Origin: Octopus sinensis
Lineage: Eukaryota
Reading direction: 5' to 3'
NCBI RefSeq assembly: GCF_006345805.1
Contig: NC_043003.1
Span: 39,680,001-39,744,000 of the forward strand
Length of the DNA stretch: 64,000 nucleotides
The position numbers were made by a program, and so were the translations under genes. Below the pieces are notes generated by a model. That model was not told the origin of the DNA. It was given only the letters and a program-made list of their open reading frames with translations, and made no database searches. This document shows, piece after piece, positions 1 through 12,825 of the stretch (positions within the stretch are counted from its first letter, which is position 1; each line of letters starts with the position of its first letter).

Positions 1-258
1 TTGTAGTTGAGATACCTGTGCCGGTGACATGTTAAAAGCACCATCCGTACATGGCCGATGCCAGCACCGCCTTGACTGGCTTCTGTGCGGGTGGCACGTA
101 AAAAGTACCCACTACATTCATGGAGTGGTTGGCATTAGGAAGGGCATCCAGCCGTAGAAACACTGCCAGATCAGACTGGAGCTTGGTGCCACCTCTTGGC
201 TTCCCAGACCCTGGTCATACCATCCAACTCATGCTAGCATGGAAAACAGACGTTAAAC

Positions 259-290
<32 letters not shown>

Positions 291-291
291 C
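1..291 (+). mobile_element. RTE LINE 3' UTR remnant with (GAT)n tail
   Basis: Same sequence follows the RTE RT C-terminus at 27828-28425; ends catgctagcatggaaaacagacgttaaacgatgatg. Other copies at 692-870 (-), 16880-17213, 18175-18390, 31330-31650. Confidence 0.75.
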
Positions 292-1329
292 ATTGATGAT
301 CTGCTGGTTGTTATTCCTAACCATACAGTTCTGTTTAGATCATACAACATATCACTTCACTCTGGAACTTTTCTACACACGACCTTGAACCTCACGCCAG
401 ACAGGAACTGCTTCCATAATCAAAGACACTTAATCTTTTAGCATTCAGATTAATCTGTCAAATGTAATGCTTATTTATTTTCATTGTTTTAAATTCATTG
501 TGCTTTAACTTGTAGTGTTAAGATTTTGATGATATGTTTATTTTTAGAATGATATTGTAGGGTAAGTGTAAGAGGCTGGACCTAAAAATATAGTTTTATA
601 CCATACCGTCTCTACATACCAACAACACATAACTGAGGCCCTTAAAATTACCACAACTTACAATCTCTGAAGACTTCTCATGGGGGCCTTACATCATCAT
701 CGTTTAACATCCACCTTCCATGTCGGCATGGGTTGGATGGTTTGACAGGAGCTGGCCAAGCATGAGCCTGGACCACACTTCTGTGTTTATTTTGGCAGGG
801 TTTTTTATAGCTGGATACCTTTCCTAACACCAACCACCCAGCAGAGCGGACTCAGTGCTTTTTACATGGCACACATGTATAACATTGCCAAAACTGTATC
901 CCACAGTGTAGGCTTCCCGTTTTTAGGAATGAAATGCTTTAGCCTTGATAGTTTATAGATATATACATAAATATCCTAAACCACATGCAAAAGAATGTCT
1001 AACTGATTGGTGAAGACTCACTCACCAGATTAAAATAATAATCAAATGGGTCCATAGACAGAAAAAAATGGTTGAGAACCAATGCCTTAAGCACTTGGTT
1101 CAGTCTTTCCTTCCAGGAAATTATACCTACTGGAATTTCCTCATTGCTCATATTTTTTTTCTTTGTTCCTATAGACATCAACTACATCAATCTAGACAGG
1201 CCTAAAAATGTTGTAGGCACTGTCCCACCTTTTCAGACTAACTTATATGAAAATTGAGATTTTCTAACTAGTTACTTCGTTTGTTGCAAGATCAGTGACT
1301 GACTGTTGCTTAGTTTTCTATATATTGCA

Positions 1330-2273
1330 AGCTGGAGCAAATTCCTGCTATCTAGCAGTCGGATAATAAAGATGGTACCGTCAACTGGACTCTCAAAGGA
1401 AGGTGAGGCTTGTTTTCACTGTGCGGTGGCAGTATTGAAAGAGTGTGTATGGCAAACTAGAATGGAAGGTTTTGTGACAGGGTCCTTCATCTCTGGCCAG
1501 GGTTTGATAACCTACTTCAGATACCATCTGAAGAGCAAGATGGAGTTGGAGAGGAAGACCCTGCCATAGAGATAGTATGAGAAACGTTGGAAGGATGTGA
1601 TGAGAAAGGTACATGTCAGTAACCCAGCTTAATCATCAATGAAAGGAAAAAGATAGTTGCTGGGCCTTCCAGGCTACCATGTATGTAATTTGAACTTGTT
1701 TGATACTCTTTACTCTTTTACTTATTTCAGTCATTTGACTGTGGCCATGCTGGAGCACCACCTTTAGTCGAGCAAATCGACCCTAGGACTTATTCTTTGG
1801 AAGCCTAGTACTTATTCTATCAGTCTCTTTTGCCGAACCACTAAGTTACGGGCACGTAAACACACCAGCATCGGTTGTCAAGCGATGTTGGGAGGACAAA
1901 CGCAGACACACAAACACACACATACATATATATATATATACATGTATACGACAGGCTTCTTTCAGTTTCCGTCTACCAAATCCACTCACAAGTCTTTGGT
2001 CAGCCCGAGGCTATAGTAGAAGACAGTTGCCCAAGGTGCCACGCAGTGGGACTGAACCCGGGATCATGTGGTTGGTTAGCAAGCTACTTACCACACAGCC
2101 ACTCCTACGCCTGATGTTATTTTTTTTTTTTAAGTATAACGGAAAATCAAGTAATCTATATAAATTATATCTAAATTTTTAACATTCATTCGAACTCATC
2201 TTAACATCTTTGTAACTGTTTCATCCTGTAATGTCCCATCTGTGTATTGATTGTATAATCATAATAAAGAATC
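1330..2273 (+). pseudogene. Tx1/L1-clade LINE ORF2 C-terminal relic plus 3' end, interrupted by a SINE
   Basis: ORF 1306-1569 reads VAVLKECVWQTRMEG...ITYFRYHLKSKMELERK then EKRW, resembling Tx1 ORF2 C-termini (recall). 3' end at 2205-2273 finishes tgtcccatctgtgt...aataaagaatc. Confidence 0.6.
1700..2112 (-). mobile_element. tRNA-derived SINE with CORE-like block (OR-type), internal microsatellite
   Basis: Head ggcgtaggagtggctgtgtggtaag...gggttcagtccc, then ccttgggcaa. About 15 copies, e.g. 16095-16470, 18455-18862, 26735-27100, 36370-36740, 45160-45500, 50185-50660, 53985-54385. Confidence 0.85.
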
Positions 2274-2477
2274 TATCTCAAGCAGTCGGGTGTTTACCAC
2301 AGAAGATGGTCACAAATAGACTGTTCAGCATGGTGATCCCGTCATCTGCTAGAAGATGATAGGGGTGCAGTACCAACTAAAAGCATCCATGCAGAGCTAT
2401 GTAGAAGTACCTGTGTGGGACCATGTAAAAGTGCCCATGCAGAGCAACATAAAAGCACCACACATTACTTCAGAAAT

Positions 2478-2924
2478 ATAAATAAACCCAATCTGTTTCT
2501 TAAACGAATATATAATATGTAATGTATCTGTGCAACAGAGAGGGAAATTAAAACTGCATATGTTGTGAACTTAGAATATGCGTTTATTAATAAAAGTTTA
2601 ATTACGATAATCTTTTATTCATACGAACGTAACTGATATGAAATATGTCATAAATAACAGTGACAAATTCATATGACACCGCCAGAAAATGTTGTTGGCA
2701 AAACACGGCAGATATTGTATTCACCTCAATAGACGTCATTGATTGGTTGAAATTGCCGAAATGCAAGAAATTAAACAACAAATAGCTTACAAACTACAGA
2801 ATTTTCTCAAGAAAGCCAAGAGAAAAATATGTTTTGTGTAACACACTACCATTATACGAAGTTTAAAAGTGTTTAGTTATAAAGAAATTATTTTAAAAAT
2901 CTGCCGGTCAAAGTGAAAAGATCC
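2478..2924. mobile_element. Truncated copy of GGATCTTTTCGG-TIR MITE
   Basis: Matches the right half of 39645-40060 and ends in aaaagatcc. Confidence 0.75.
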
Positions 2925-5214
2925 AAATACGGAGATAATCTTTGCATTTTGAAAAAAAAAATTCTGAAAAAGTGAAAATTAAAGAATTTGGGGTGGGATG
3001 GGGGTAATTAAAATTTTAAATTGCCGTTTTTTTTTTTTGTTTTCGTTTTTTTTTTTGCAGACTCAGAATCTACGTACTCGAAAATGGGGTATTCTGTAAA
3101 AAAAAAACAAAACAAAAAAAAACAAAACAAAAAAAAACAAAGGGTACACACCCTTACGTCTACATCCCTTACGTCCACCAACTTACGAAACCCCTACCAC
3201 TGCATATTAATTTATTAAAACCCTCTCCTTTTCCTTACTTCCAATCTGGGTTTTATCAGCATTACATATGAATGTATGTGTGTGTGAAGGACAGCATGAA
3301 CTGTCGTCAACTTCACAATCCCCCTCCCTAAAGCTATGTATTCCTCACACCCATCTCCCTTCCCTTCCCTTTCCTCAACGTTCTAAAAGTAGCATGTGTG
3401 TGTGTGTACGTACACATGTGTCTGTGTTTATGTACATACTGTATATGTATGCAGCGTCCAAAACAGATGACCCGGATATTGTTGCTCTTCCATTACTTTC
3501 GCAAACAGCAATAACTTTCTTCAGCTGAATACCCAAATACAAGTTTAACACTAAATAACTTCTAAAATACAAAATTTTGTCAAAAACGTTAAGAGTAAAC
3601 CGTGTTCCACGTGACACATTCAACCAGTATCCGAAGTTTCAAACTGTTTAGTTAAAAAAAAAATTAATTAAAAAATCTGTGACTCAGATTGGAAACATCT
3701 CGATCCCGATGACGTTCCATTAAAAAAAAAACAAAAAAATGAAAGCAAACAAACGGGAGCTGGTTGAGAGAAATGAAACTAAAAAGAAATTCAGACCCTG
3801 AGAGAAAATATATCAAAAGTAAGGTGTTCCATAAGAGCGAAACTGGTGTAACCTCGCCATCGCAGAAGTAAAATTACTGTAGTAAAGTCAAAGGCTGTGT
3901 TATATCAATACAGATCGTGGGAAAAAGTTGGGGTTTTTTTTTTAATGCAATCCTTAGCAAAGTAAGTCTTTTATTCATTGAGTTTTATTGTCCCAATGTT
4001 TCGAAGAATAAAACTCATTGAAGACAGTAGACTCTAACAGAACAAATGTTTTCTCCAATAAATTGTGGAGGCGGATCAATTCACTATAAATGTAAAAATT
4101 TATATAAGAAAAAAAAAAAGGAAAAATTATCGAATATGAAGACATACTTCCCACTCAGTTTTTTCTGTATCAACATCCATAACAACATTAACCAGAAGAC
4201 TATTGAAAATACAGTTTTGATTTCGAAGCCTATTTTTATCCTTCTTTAACTTTCCAATAGGAAATTTTCTTTTGGTTTGTTTACTTTAGATACACAACGT
4301 CTTTTCATAATGACAACATAACATTATAATAGCGTTCGAAAAGAATTTCACGAAGATCAACGGTAGCAGAACTAGCAGCCATATTTGATAGTCTTTTCTA
4401 TTTCGTCAAATGGTGTTTAGGTTTTGATTGACCAAATCTCGTGGCTAAACTGTTGACTTTTTCCTCCCATTTCATTTTCTTTTTCGGTGTTTCGAGATAT
4501 GCTGATAGCAGCAATAAGTTTAAAAAATTTATTGAGTAGGGAAAAGCAGCTAAAACGACTATGTCAGTATGTCGTAATTAACACACTCCATGTTCCGACA
4601 TCATGTCAACTCTGACTTCCAGTAGACAAACAAATGCATTCTAACTGTGGCCATCCTGTCTTTTTCGTGGATATAGAAGACTCTACATGGCAACCATGTG
4701 TTGGAACATCAGAAACTGAAATTGGGATGATTTATTGCGAAAGTTCCGAGTGATTAGTAACGTATCTAACAGAGGATGGGAGTGGCGATGGGAACGGCTC
4801 TTTCAGGTCTGTCGGATAAACCTGTACAGGGGGCGAGGAACGATAAGCTCCATGGATGCCCCAAGCAAGACATACATTAAATGTCACTGCGAGTGATTTA
4901 TTATGAAGCTAAAATTATTAGGATTTATTTACACATATAAAGTTAGAACGATTTATTAATATTTTATATGAAAGCAAAAAATGATGTAATCAGAAAACCA
5001 AATTATAGCACAGAAACGTCGAATTTCAAAAAATTTCGGAATTTCTGTAGATGTTCCACGAATGGTGCGATATATTTATTTAATCCTGCTCCACATGCAT
5101 TCTATTATGACTATCTGTTGCTGCATCGCTGGCATCAACATAGTGTAACCTGTAGCAATTAATTATAATGCAGGTGCCTGGAAATACTCATTGCATTATG
5201 GAAGGCAGTAATAA

Positions 5215-5655
5215 GGCGCAAGCGAACAAAATCGTTAGCACGTCGGGCAAAATGCTTAGCGGCATTTCGTCCGTCCTTACGTTCTGAGTTCAAATTCCGC
5301 CGCGGTCGACTTTGCCTTTCATTCTTTCGGGGTCGATAAATTAAGTAACAGTTGTGTACTGGGGTCGATCTAATCGACTGTCACCCTCCCCAAAAATTTC
5401 GGGCCTTGTGCCTAAAGTAGAAAAGATTATTGAAGGCAGTAACAAAGCGGCGAACTGGCAGAAACGTTAGCACACCGGGAGAAATGCTTTGCGGTATTTC
5501 GTCTGTCTTTACGTTCTGAGTTCAAATTCCGCCAAGGTAGACTTTGTCTTTCATCCTTTCGGGGACGATATAAAAAAAGTGCCCGTTGAGTACGAGGGTC
5601 GATCTAATTGATTGTCCCCCTCCCCTAAAAATTTCAATCCTTATGCTGATAGTAG
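5215..5655 (+). mobile_element. Two tandem tRNA-SINEs (Meta-like core, tail B)
   Basis: Head ggcggcgagctggcagaaacgttagc, B-box gagttcaaattcc, core ctttcatcctttcggggtcgataa; duplicated target attat(g/t)gaaggcagtaa at 5196 and 5427. Confidence 0.85.
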
Positions 5656-5867
5656 AAATTCTTCAAATGCCATTGAGGTCATCTTAGCCTTTTGAAGTCG
5701 AAACAATAATTACCAGTTAAACAGTAGGGTCGATACAGTCAACATGCTCCCTTCCCCTAAAAACTACTGGCCTTGTACCAAAATTTCAGGCACTCATTAT
5801 AGTAATGTGGAAGTACTTTGGTCTCTAGCGTAGCTAGGGATAGGCGTGAGGGAAAGGCAGTCCACTC

Positions 5868-7064
5868 CAGGTCGCGAAATTTTTTTCCTACGAGAGTTCC
5901 GAATCCCAGTATTGAACTCATTTGCATACAGCCAATCAGAGTTCACTTTGACCTTGTTATCAAGTTAACAAAGGTGAGCATTCAAAATAGCGACCTCCGA
6001 TTGCCATGCGAATCTTTGTCTAGTAAATTACGCAAATTGGCAACACTTATGGCATCATCTGCGAGCAGCTCTCCATTCCCTATATAAACTAAATTTCACA
6101 TTTGTCACCCCCTATTAACTCGTTTAGAACAGTTAGATTTTGCTATAACGCACAATTTTCCACTGAACTCAACCAGAGTATTTTCCTGACTGGTCCTCAA
6201 TGGGTCAATCAGAGTGTGTTCTGAGGAATTGCTTTCTACACAACATATTTTGTCTATGTGGGGTTGTTGTTTGTTTGTTACTTCTCGAGCCACGCCTGGC
6301 TCATAAGGGTCGGTTTCCCTGTTTCCTTGGCGTATAGGTTCCCCACCTGGACGGGATGCCGGTCCGTCGCAAGTGAGCTAAGCTGCAAGATGCAGGAGGA
6401 AAGAGTGAGAGAAAGTTGTGGCGAAAGAGTCAGCAGAAGTTCGCCATTACCTTCTGCCGGAGCCGAGTGGAGCTTAGGTGTTTCGCTCATAAACACACAC
6501 ATCGCCCGGTCTGAGATTCGAACCCGCGATCCCTCGACTGCGAGTCCGCTGCTCTAACCACTAGGCCATGTGCCTCCACGTATGGGGGTTAGAAATGTGT
6601 AATTCTCAAGGAGAGCTAACCCATGGTGTCATCAGTGTTGCCAATTTGCATAATTTACTATAAAAATGTAAATGAGTCTAGTTTCCTTAATTTTTTTGCC
6701 CAATTTTGCTAATTTCTCTTTTGAAATATTAAAAAAAATATTTGTTTAGGTTAGAACAGTGAAATTTCACGAGTTTAGTTTCCCTTTAAGTAGCTACACT
6801 TTTAATGGTTAAATGGATTTTACTTAACCAGTCCTACAATTAATTCGAACTAACTTAAAAATACCCTTCATATATGTTCAAGTATTATTAAAAGAGAAAA
6901 GAAACATGATCATTCCTTACCCAAGTTACCTTATCCTATCGCCCATCACTTGTTATGCGCTCATAAATTAATTTGATAGATGAGCTCTGATTGGCTGTAT
7001 GCAAATGAATTTATAATTGGGGTCCAGAACTCTCATGGGAAAAAAATTTCGTTTTCGGGTCACC
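5868..7064. mobile_element. Foldback-type non-autonomous element with two pairs of inverted repeats
   Basis: 5875-5945 is the reverse complement of 6981-7051; 6021-6056 is the reverse complement of 6627-6660; hosts a SINE. Confidence 0.65.
6262..6577 (-). mobile_element. tRNA-derived SINE with V-domain-like block
   Basis: Head ggaggcacatggcctagtggttagagc...gggttcgaatc; tgcgatggactggcgtcccgtccag block (clearest in the 46114-46420 copy); third copy 28897-29180. Confidence 0.8.
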
Positions 7065-7313
7065 CTTTTATGGGGAGGGACAGTTTTGGATTTGGCGTAT
7101 AAGCCTGTATAGGCTTGTGCTGTCCCGGGGCGGAAGCCGCAAACGTAAAGGATGCCCTGGTTGGCACACACTTTAGCTGTCACTAACCTCGGTTGGACAC
7201 AGGCACAAAACACAAAGGATCTGCCGTTTCACTACCCCTAGAACCATGTGGACTTCTCTATAACAACCATGAGTGGTGGTGTGAGTCGAGAGAAATTTAA
7301 CTGGTGGTTGTTT

Positions 7314-7487
7314 TAGCCCTTCGCTAAGGGGGTGCACTGGACGGCACTGCCCCCCTCACTATTCAATGCACCCTTAGATTTACAGTGATACACTTATTTA
7401 GAAATTCCACTTCAGCATTATTACAAATTAGTGCCCACCCAGAATATCCTAAACACCCTCAGACACCAAAGTTTGGCGATGGGCCTG
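7314..7487. mobile_element. Short MITE with CAGGCCCGTCGC-like TIRs (hAT-like)
   Basis: Second copy at 46769-46923; ends gcccgtcgcta ... gcgatgggcctg. Confidence 0.65.
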
Positions 7488-7959
7488 GCCCCAAGATCAA
7501 GCCTAATCTAACAGATCTACGAACAAAAAACATTCTACTCGTGCACATCTCGTCCTTTTAGTAGTTTCTAAGATTATCTTCATGTAATGTGTTCTCTTTT
7601 TTCAATATGGTGAGGTATTGATATGTTATGAATACGAATTATGACTATTTCATAACACGCCACAGAGTAAACTTGAAAGAAGGACAAAGTGAAAGTTCTG
7701 TCAGATTAATGACACCAATGCATTGGTATTCAGTTTGAGCTTCCAGAAATTAACTGATGTCTCAAAAGCAACAAGAGACGGCGTGTCTATGCTATCACTC
7801 GACTTACAGAAGTAGTAGCTAAATCCCTTTCAAATCATAACCCACTATCTTAAAGAAGGTGCATGGATAATGTAGTCACTGATATGTCTACCAACAGATG
7901 GAATACTCAGGGTTTGCATGATTATGATCATAGATCTGCTTGATGGCGGCTGGGATCTT

Positions 7960-8650
7960 TTCAGCTTGGTTGCCAATTTTCGAAAATTCAGAGTTTATTC
8001 AAAATTTTAAGATTTGGTACATTAATGTAGTTTTTTAAACTGAATCTCAGGAAACACTTTTTCACTTTTTCCAGAAAAAACTTTTTCAAGATGTTATAGT
8101 TTAAAGTTTTATAATTTCCTCCCTTTGGAAATTTTCACTGTGTGCGTGTCAGCACGAGTTGTCAACTGAAAAACAATGAAATTCTGCTTTATGCACGCCA
8201 TTACGCATAACTTTGTATTTCTTGGAATTTTCAGAAAATTTTTGCGAATTGGTATTCTACACGCAGGAATTCATGCGGTTATCCAAAAATAAAACAAAAA
8301 CTTTTTTGGTGCGTGATTTAAGGCCTATTTGGCCGTTATTTTTAGCAAATCTGACGACCACTTCAATGAGTGGAATATATTTGTCAACACATGGTTTCTC
8401 GCAGACAAAAAAGTTCTCATGCTTTGTGGTATGATACTATAGAAACAAGCATGAATGTGTCTGTGGCTTACGAATGGCTAAAATTACCAAAATTTTGCAA
8501 ACTTTAAAAGCTAATAACTCTTTATTTATTGACTTATTGCGAAAATGAATTTCAAAGCAATGATTTGCATATAAAACTATATTATTACACCGAATTTTAA
8601 ATAAATTCGAGCAGGAATTGAAGAGATTGAAAATTAGCAGCCAAAAGATC
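7960..8650 (+). repeat. Unclassified dispersed repeat (DNA-transposon-like)
   Basis: Diverged opposite-orientation copy at about 53050-53655 (shared ggtgcgtgatttaaggcc, gagttgtcaactg, ctgctttatgcac). Confidence 0.6.
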
Positions 8651-8689
8651 CCGCAGTTGTCTTGGTAATAACGTGGGTAGAAGAAAACT

Positions 8690-10055
8690 ATAATCGTTTC
8701 ACGGACGGGACAGCGACTTGTAAGAGACGCGGTGCAATGGGTAATCTAGGTGGTATGTAATTAGTTCAGAGACATAAGGTTGTCGTAGTACCGGATTATG
8801 CTAAGGCAGGGGCTGCAGCATATAAGTACACATTTGAAGGACAAATTTATATAGATGAGCAATCATGGAGCAAAGGGAATCGAAATCAATACAGGGATTT
8901 CTCTTTAGAGGGATAGTCCTTGATTTTACAGCCCTAAATTCAAAACGATCAATGGGCGGCGCTTTTATGGTCCTAAATTATAATTGGTTTCAGGGTTGGA
9001 CGTCCACGTGTGAAAATTACCATTGTTTACCCAAACAAGACATTGCCATACGCCGAGAAAATATTTTTCTACTAGAAGACATTACGCTAAGAGTGGTGGT
9101 GGAGGGAAGACTTCCAACATGTTTTCTATGTAAACAAAAAGGGAACATGAGAGCAAGGTGCCTTCAGCAAGAAAGTAAAGTAGAGGAACAACAACGCGAA
9201 GAACAGCCCGCCGAAGAGGAGGGGCCGGAAATAAAGGAAAACAAAGAGGAGACGCTTACTGTCGTAAATAAGCGAAAGAGTGGGTGATCTCTCCGACAGA
9301 GAACCAAAAACGAATGAAGGAGGTAGAGGAGGTACAGAGGAACTGTTCAGATAAACTAACAGAAGTATCGCAACACAGAGTGCAAGATATAATCGTGGAC
9401 GATTATGGTTATGTACAGACGGAGGAACCAAGGGAAATGAATAGCCTGGACAGCCCAGATCCGGAGCGTAAACAAGTAAATACTAATAAGAAAAAGTGGC
9501 ATGTAGTAACATATGTGAAAAGTACCGCCATAGAGCGAAAAATAACGAAATTCAAAGGTGCTATAAGGATTTAAATTACCAGCTGAACGTTACCCGGAAC
9601 ACATAAAGGGAGTGATGATTGTCAAGGAGAGGTATAAAAGGTTAAAAGAACTATTTAAAGATGATGTGAACCCTTTGGGAGAAGAAACTGAATTTGAGGA
9701 ACTATCAAAAGTAGTTAAATACGTGAAGTTAATACCTTTAATGAATGGTAATAGAGGTGTCCTTTAAAAAGGAAAAAAAGAAAACAAAAAGAAAGGGGAA
9801 AAGAGAAGGAAATAGACTTTTTCAAAAATGGGGAAAAAAGATGCAAAAAGGAAAACAAAAGAAAAACTGCCAAAAATTGTATAAATTAACAGTTAAATGG
9901 TACTGCTTGAGAGTGGGGCTCAATGCAGCCATTTTATCATCATCGATTTTATTATACATTTTTCATTCGTTTTATGGTTTTTCTCCCCACTGTGGTGTTC
10001 TGTCTGTCCTTGTGTTGTCTCCTCTATGTTAAAGCCTGGGTGTCAAATAAAGAAA
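8690..10055 (+). mobile_element. ORF1-only Tx1/L1-derived element, copy 1 (gag-like, decayed)
   Basis: VVVEGRLPT-CFLCKQKGNMRARC knuckle (9120-9161, H to N), acidic/basic tract, 3' UTR ending aataaagaaa; no EN/RT sequence. Confidence 0.65.
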
Positions 10056-10075
10056 AGGAGGTTAGAGAAAGTTCC

Positions 10076-11713
10076 TTGTTTTTCTTGTAGGAATTGCGGC
10101 TTCGGCCCGGGTTGGTGTTGATTTTTTAACTGTTTTTGAACTGTTGTGTATAAGAGTTGTTAATTTGTTGAATTTTTGGCAATTTTTTTTACGTAATTTA
10201 AACACATGGCTTGTTAAGCAAGCTTGTGTTTTTGTTGTTTCTCTTTCCGAATGAGAGATAGAGGCGGAGATGCACGGAAAAAAGTGGTAGCTACGCAGCA
10301 GTAGCTGGGAAAATGAATGGAACAAACGAAACGAAGTTCGAATTACGAAAGGTAATTATACCTATTGATAAACTGCGAAAATGTAAGAAGTTTACCTAAA
10401 AGGATGGAGGCAAAGTAAGGCTGACCCCTCCAGAAGATTTTTTAGTAGAAGTGGAAAAGAAAACGGTTATTTACAGGACACTCAACAGGAAAGAAAGAAA
10501 AATAGAAGTAGCGAAAGAGGAGGATATCGAAAAGTGACTGGAGTGTATTAAGAACAAAATAACTTTTTACACTCGTGGGAAGAAATTCTGTACAGTGGAG
10601 GTGAGATTCGTCTCCACAGAAGAAGCAATAAAGAACTCTGCCGTACCTATTAGAAATGGGGAAATGGAGGCTCCTGCCAACTTACTTGGTTAGAAGAATA
10701 GCCAGAGTAAGGGTTGGCAGGATTCCTCCGGAAATGAAGGAAGAGTGGATAGCGGCGTCAGTTCTATCCACTACAAAAAAAGAACCCAGTATTGTATCAG
10801 CTACAAGAACGCAGAAACTAAACTAATGGGGATACGGCCTAGAGTTGTTAGTTCAGATAACTCTGGCCGATATGAACGAGATTCCATAGGTAATTGAACC
10901 CCCAGATGAGAGAAAACTAAACGTGACAGTGGAGGGGAGACCCCCTCACTTGCTATGGATGTGGACAGAAGAGGCACATGAAAAAGTGGTGCCCCAAAGC
11001 ACAACTGAACCGAGCAACGAGGAAGAAATGCCGTCGGAGAACGAAGATGTAGCAGGGACGGGAGAGAAAAGTGAAGTAGAACCAACAGAGAATGGGGGAG
11101 AGTTCACCCAAGTCACCAGAAAGAGAGGTAAGGGTGTCTCGTCCCCGAAAACTTCCAAAAAGAAGAGGAAAAAGACCCCAAAAATAGCAAAGATAGAAAG
11201 CGACGCATCACAGCAAAGCAACAAGGAGACTCCCGGCGTGCAGGAAAAGAAGAAAGAGCAGACCACGGATTGGAAGGAAGAATATGTGCTACTATACAAA
11301 CCAAATGAAGCGATTGAGAGAACTATATATAGAATGAAAAATGTAATAAAAGTAACGTTACGTGGATGTATCTTAGGAGACGTAATGAAGTTTAAATTTT
11401 TGAAAAAATATCATGGAAATACTATTTGGATTACGCCAGAGAGGGTGAAGTATAAATATCTTTCCCCAGTGGTAAGATATGAAAATATAGACTTGGTTAT
11501 GATAACATGGGTTACAGACTAATAATTAATTGTAAAGAACAGTAAACGCAATTGCTTGAGGGTGAGGTGCAAACAAGGACGTCCATCTTCATTTTGTACA
11601 TTTGTCATATTTTTCATTCATCGTTATATGTTTTATGTTTCCACTTGTACTGTCTTGTCTCTCCTTGTATCGTCCCCATCTGTGTTTGGGCCATGAATGC
11701 CTAATAAAGAATC
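10076..11713 (+). mobile_element. ORF1-only Tx1/L1-derived element, copy 2
   Basis: SYAAVA at 10289; WWGYGLELLV; VTVEGRPPH then (+1 shift) CYGCGQKRHMKKWC CCHC knuckle at 10951-10992; AATAAA at 11703; flanked by a diverged ~20-bp TSD (10055-10075, 11714-11733). Confidence 0.75.
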
Positions 11714-12544
11714 AAGAGGGTAAAGAAAGTTCCAGAGAAGATAAACAAATACAGTATTCTTGGTCCCTGCTCGACCAATGTTTAAAGGAATCTCTTCGTC
11801 CACAATGCACTTCTCCAAGTGTGTACCATAGACACAATATCCTCATTTCTCACCACATAAATAATACTAGAGACACAAGTAGGTTGCACAGATAAAAAGT
11901 CCATAATAGACAAGTTTCTTGTTTTTCAATCCTAGGTTAAAGGAATCGTCGACTATAAAGAACAAAGTATTCTCACGACTCTCATACGAAGCATTTCATT
12001 CCTGTTAATAATGTAACTACGAACTACTTTCTAATTCTGGTACAATACTCAATTGGCAAGCAACTACGTAACTACGTAGATATTGCGAGATACTTGTGTA
12101 AAAATAAACGTTAATTAACCAACGTTCGAAGTTGTTTTTAACCAATTAATTAAGACCCATCTAGCCAGCCCGACAAGATTTAAACATTACTATCATATAT
12201 CATCATTTTTCTGGATTATAAAGAAGTAGTGAAAAAAAAAAAGAAACTATTGCATTAAAACTATTTTACGAACTATTCAAAACTTGGCAAAAATACCTGG
12301 TATTCAGTTGCAATATTTTTTTTTTATCTTTATTGCTTTCACTTTACTCAATAACAAATTATTTTCATTAAAAATAAATGCCTTTCATTATTAGGTATCT
12401 TCTAGAGTTCACTGTCTGAAATATTTCTTTTCTTTTTTTTTTTTTTTGAAACAGAAAATAAGCAGACCAAATGCAGAGCAGATGCACAAAAGTATGTGTA
12501 ACCTTTTCGATTCAGAAAGTTTCTAGAAATTTTGTAACATTAAA

Positions 12545-12744
12545 AGAGACTGATTATATATATATATATATATATATAGTGTATATAATACAGTGTATAT
12601 ATATATATATATAATATATATATATATATATAGTGTATATAATACAGTATATGTATATATAGTGTATATAATACAGTATATATATATATAGTGTATATGA
12701 TACAGTATATATATATTGTATATAATACAGTATATATATTTATA

Positions 12745-12802
<58 letters not shown>

Positions 12803-12825
12803 TGTATATAATACTGTATTTGCCT
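12545..12825. repeat. (TA)n tract with a ~25-30 bp minisatellite unit tatatagtgtatataatacag
   Basis: Directly visible. Confidence 0.9.

Noticed and set aside
6500-6577. tRNA genes at SINE heads (also 25722, 28897, 46933, 51451)
   Set aside because: A/B boxes only, no complete acceptor stem, and continuous with SINE bodies.
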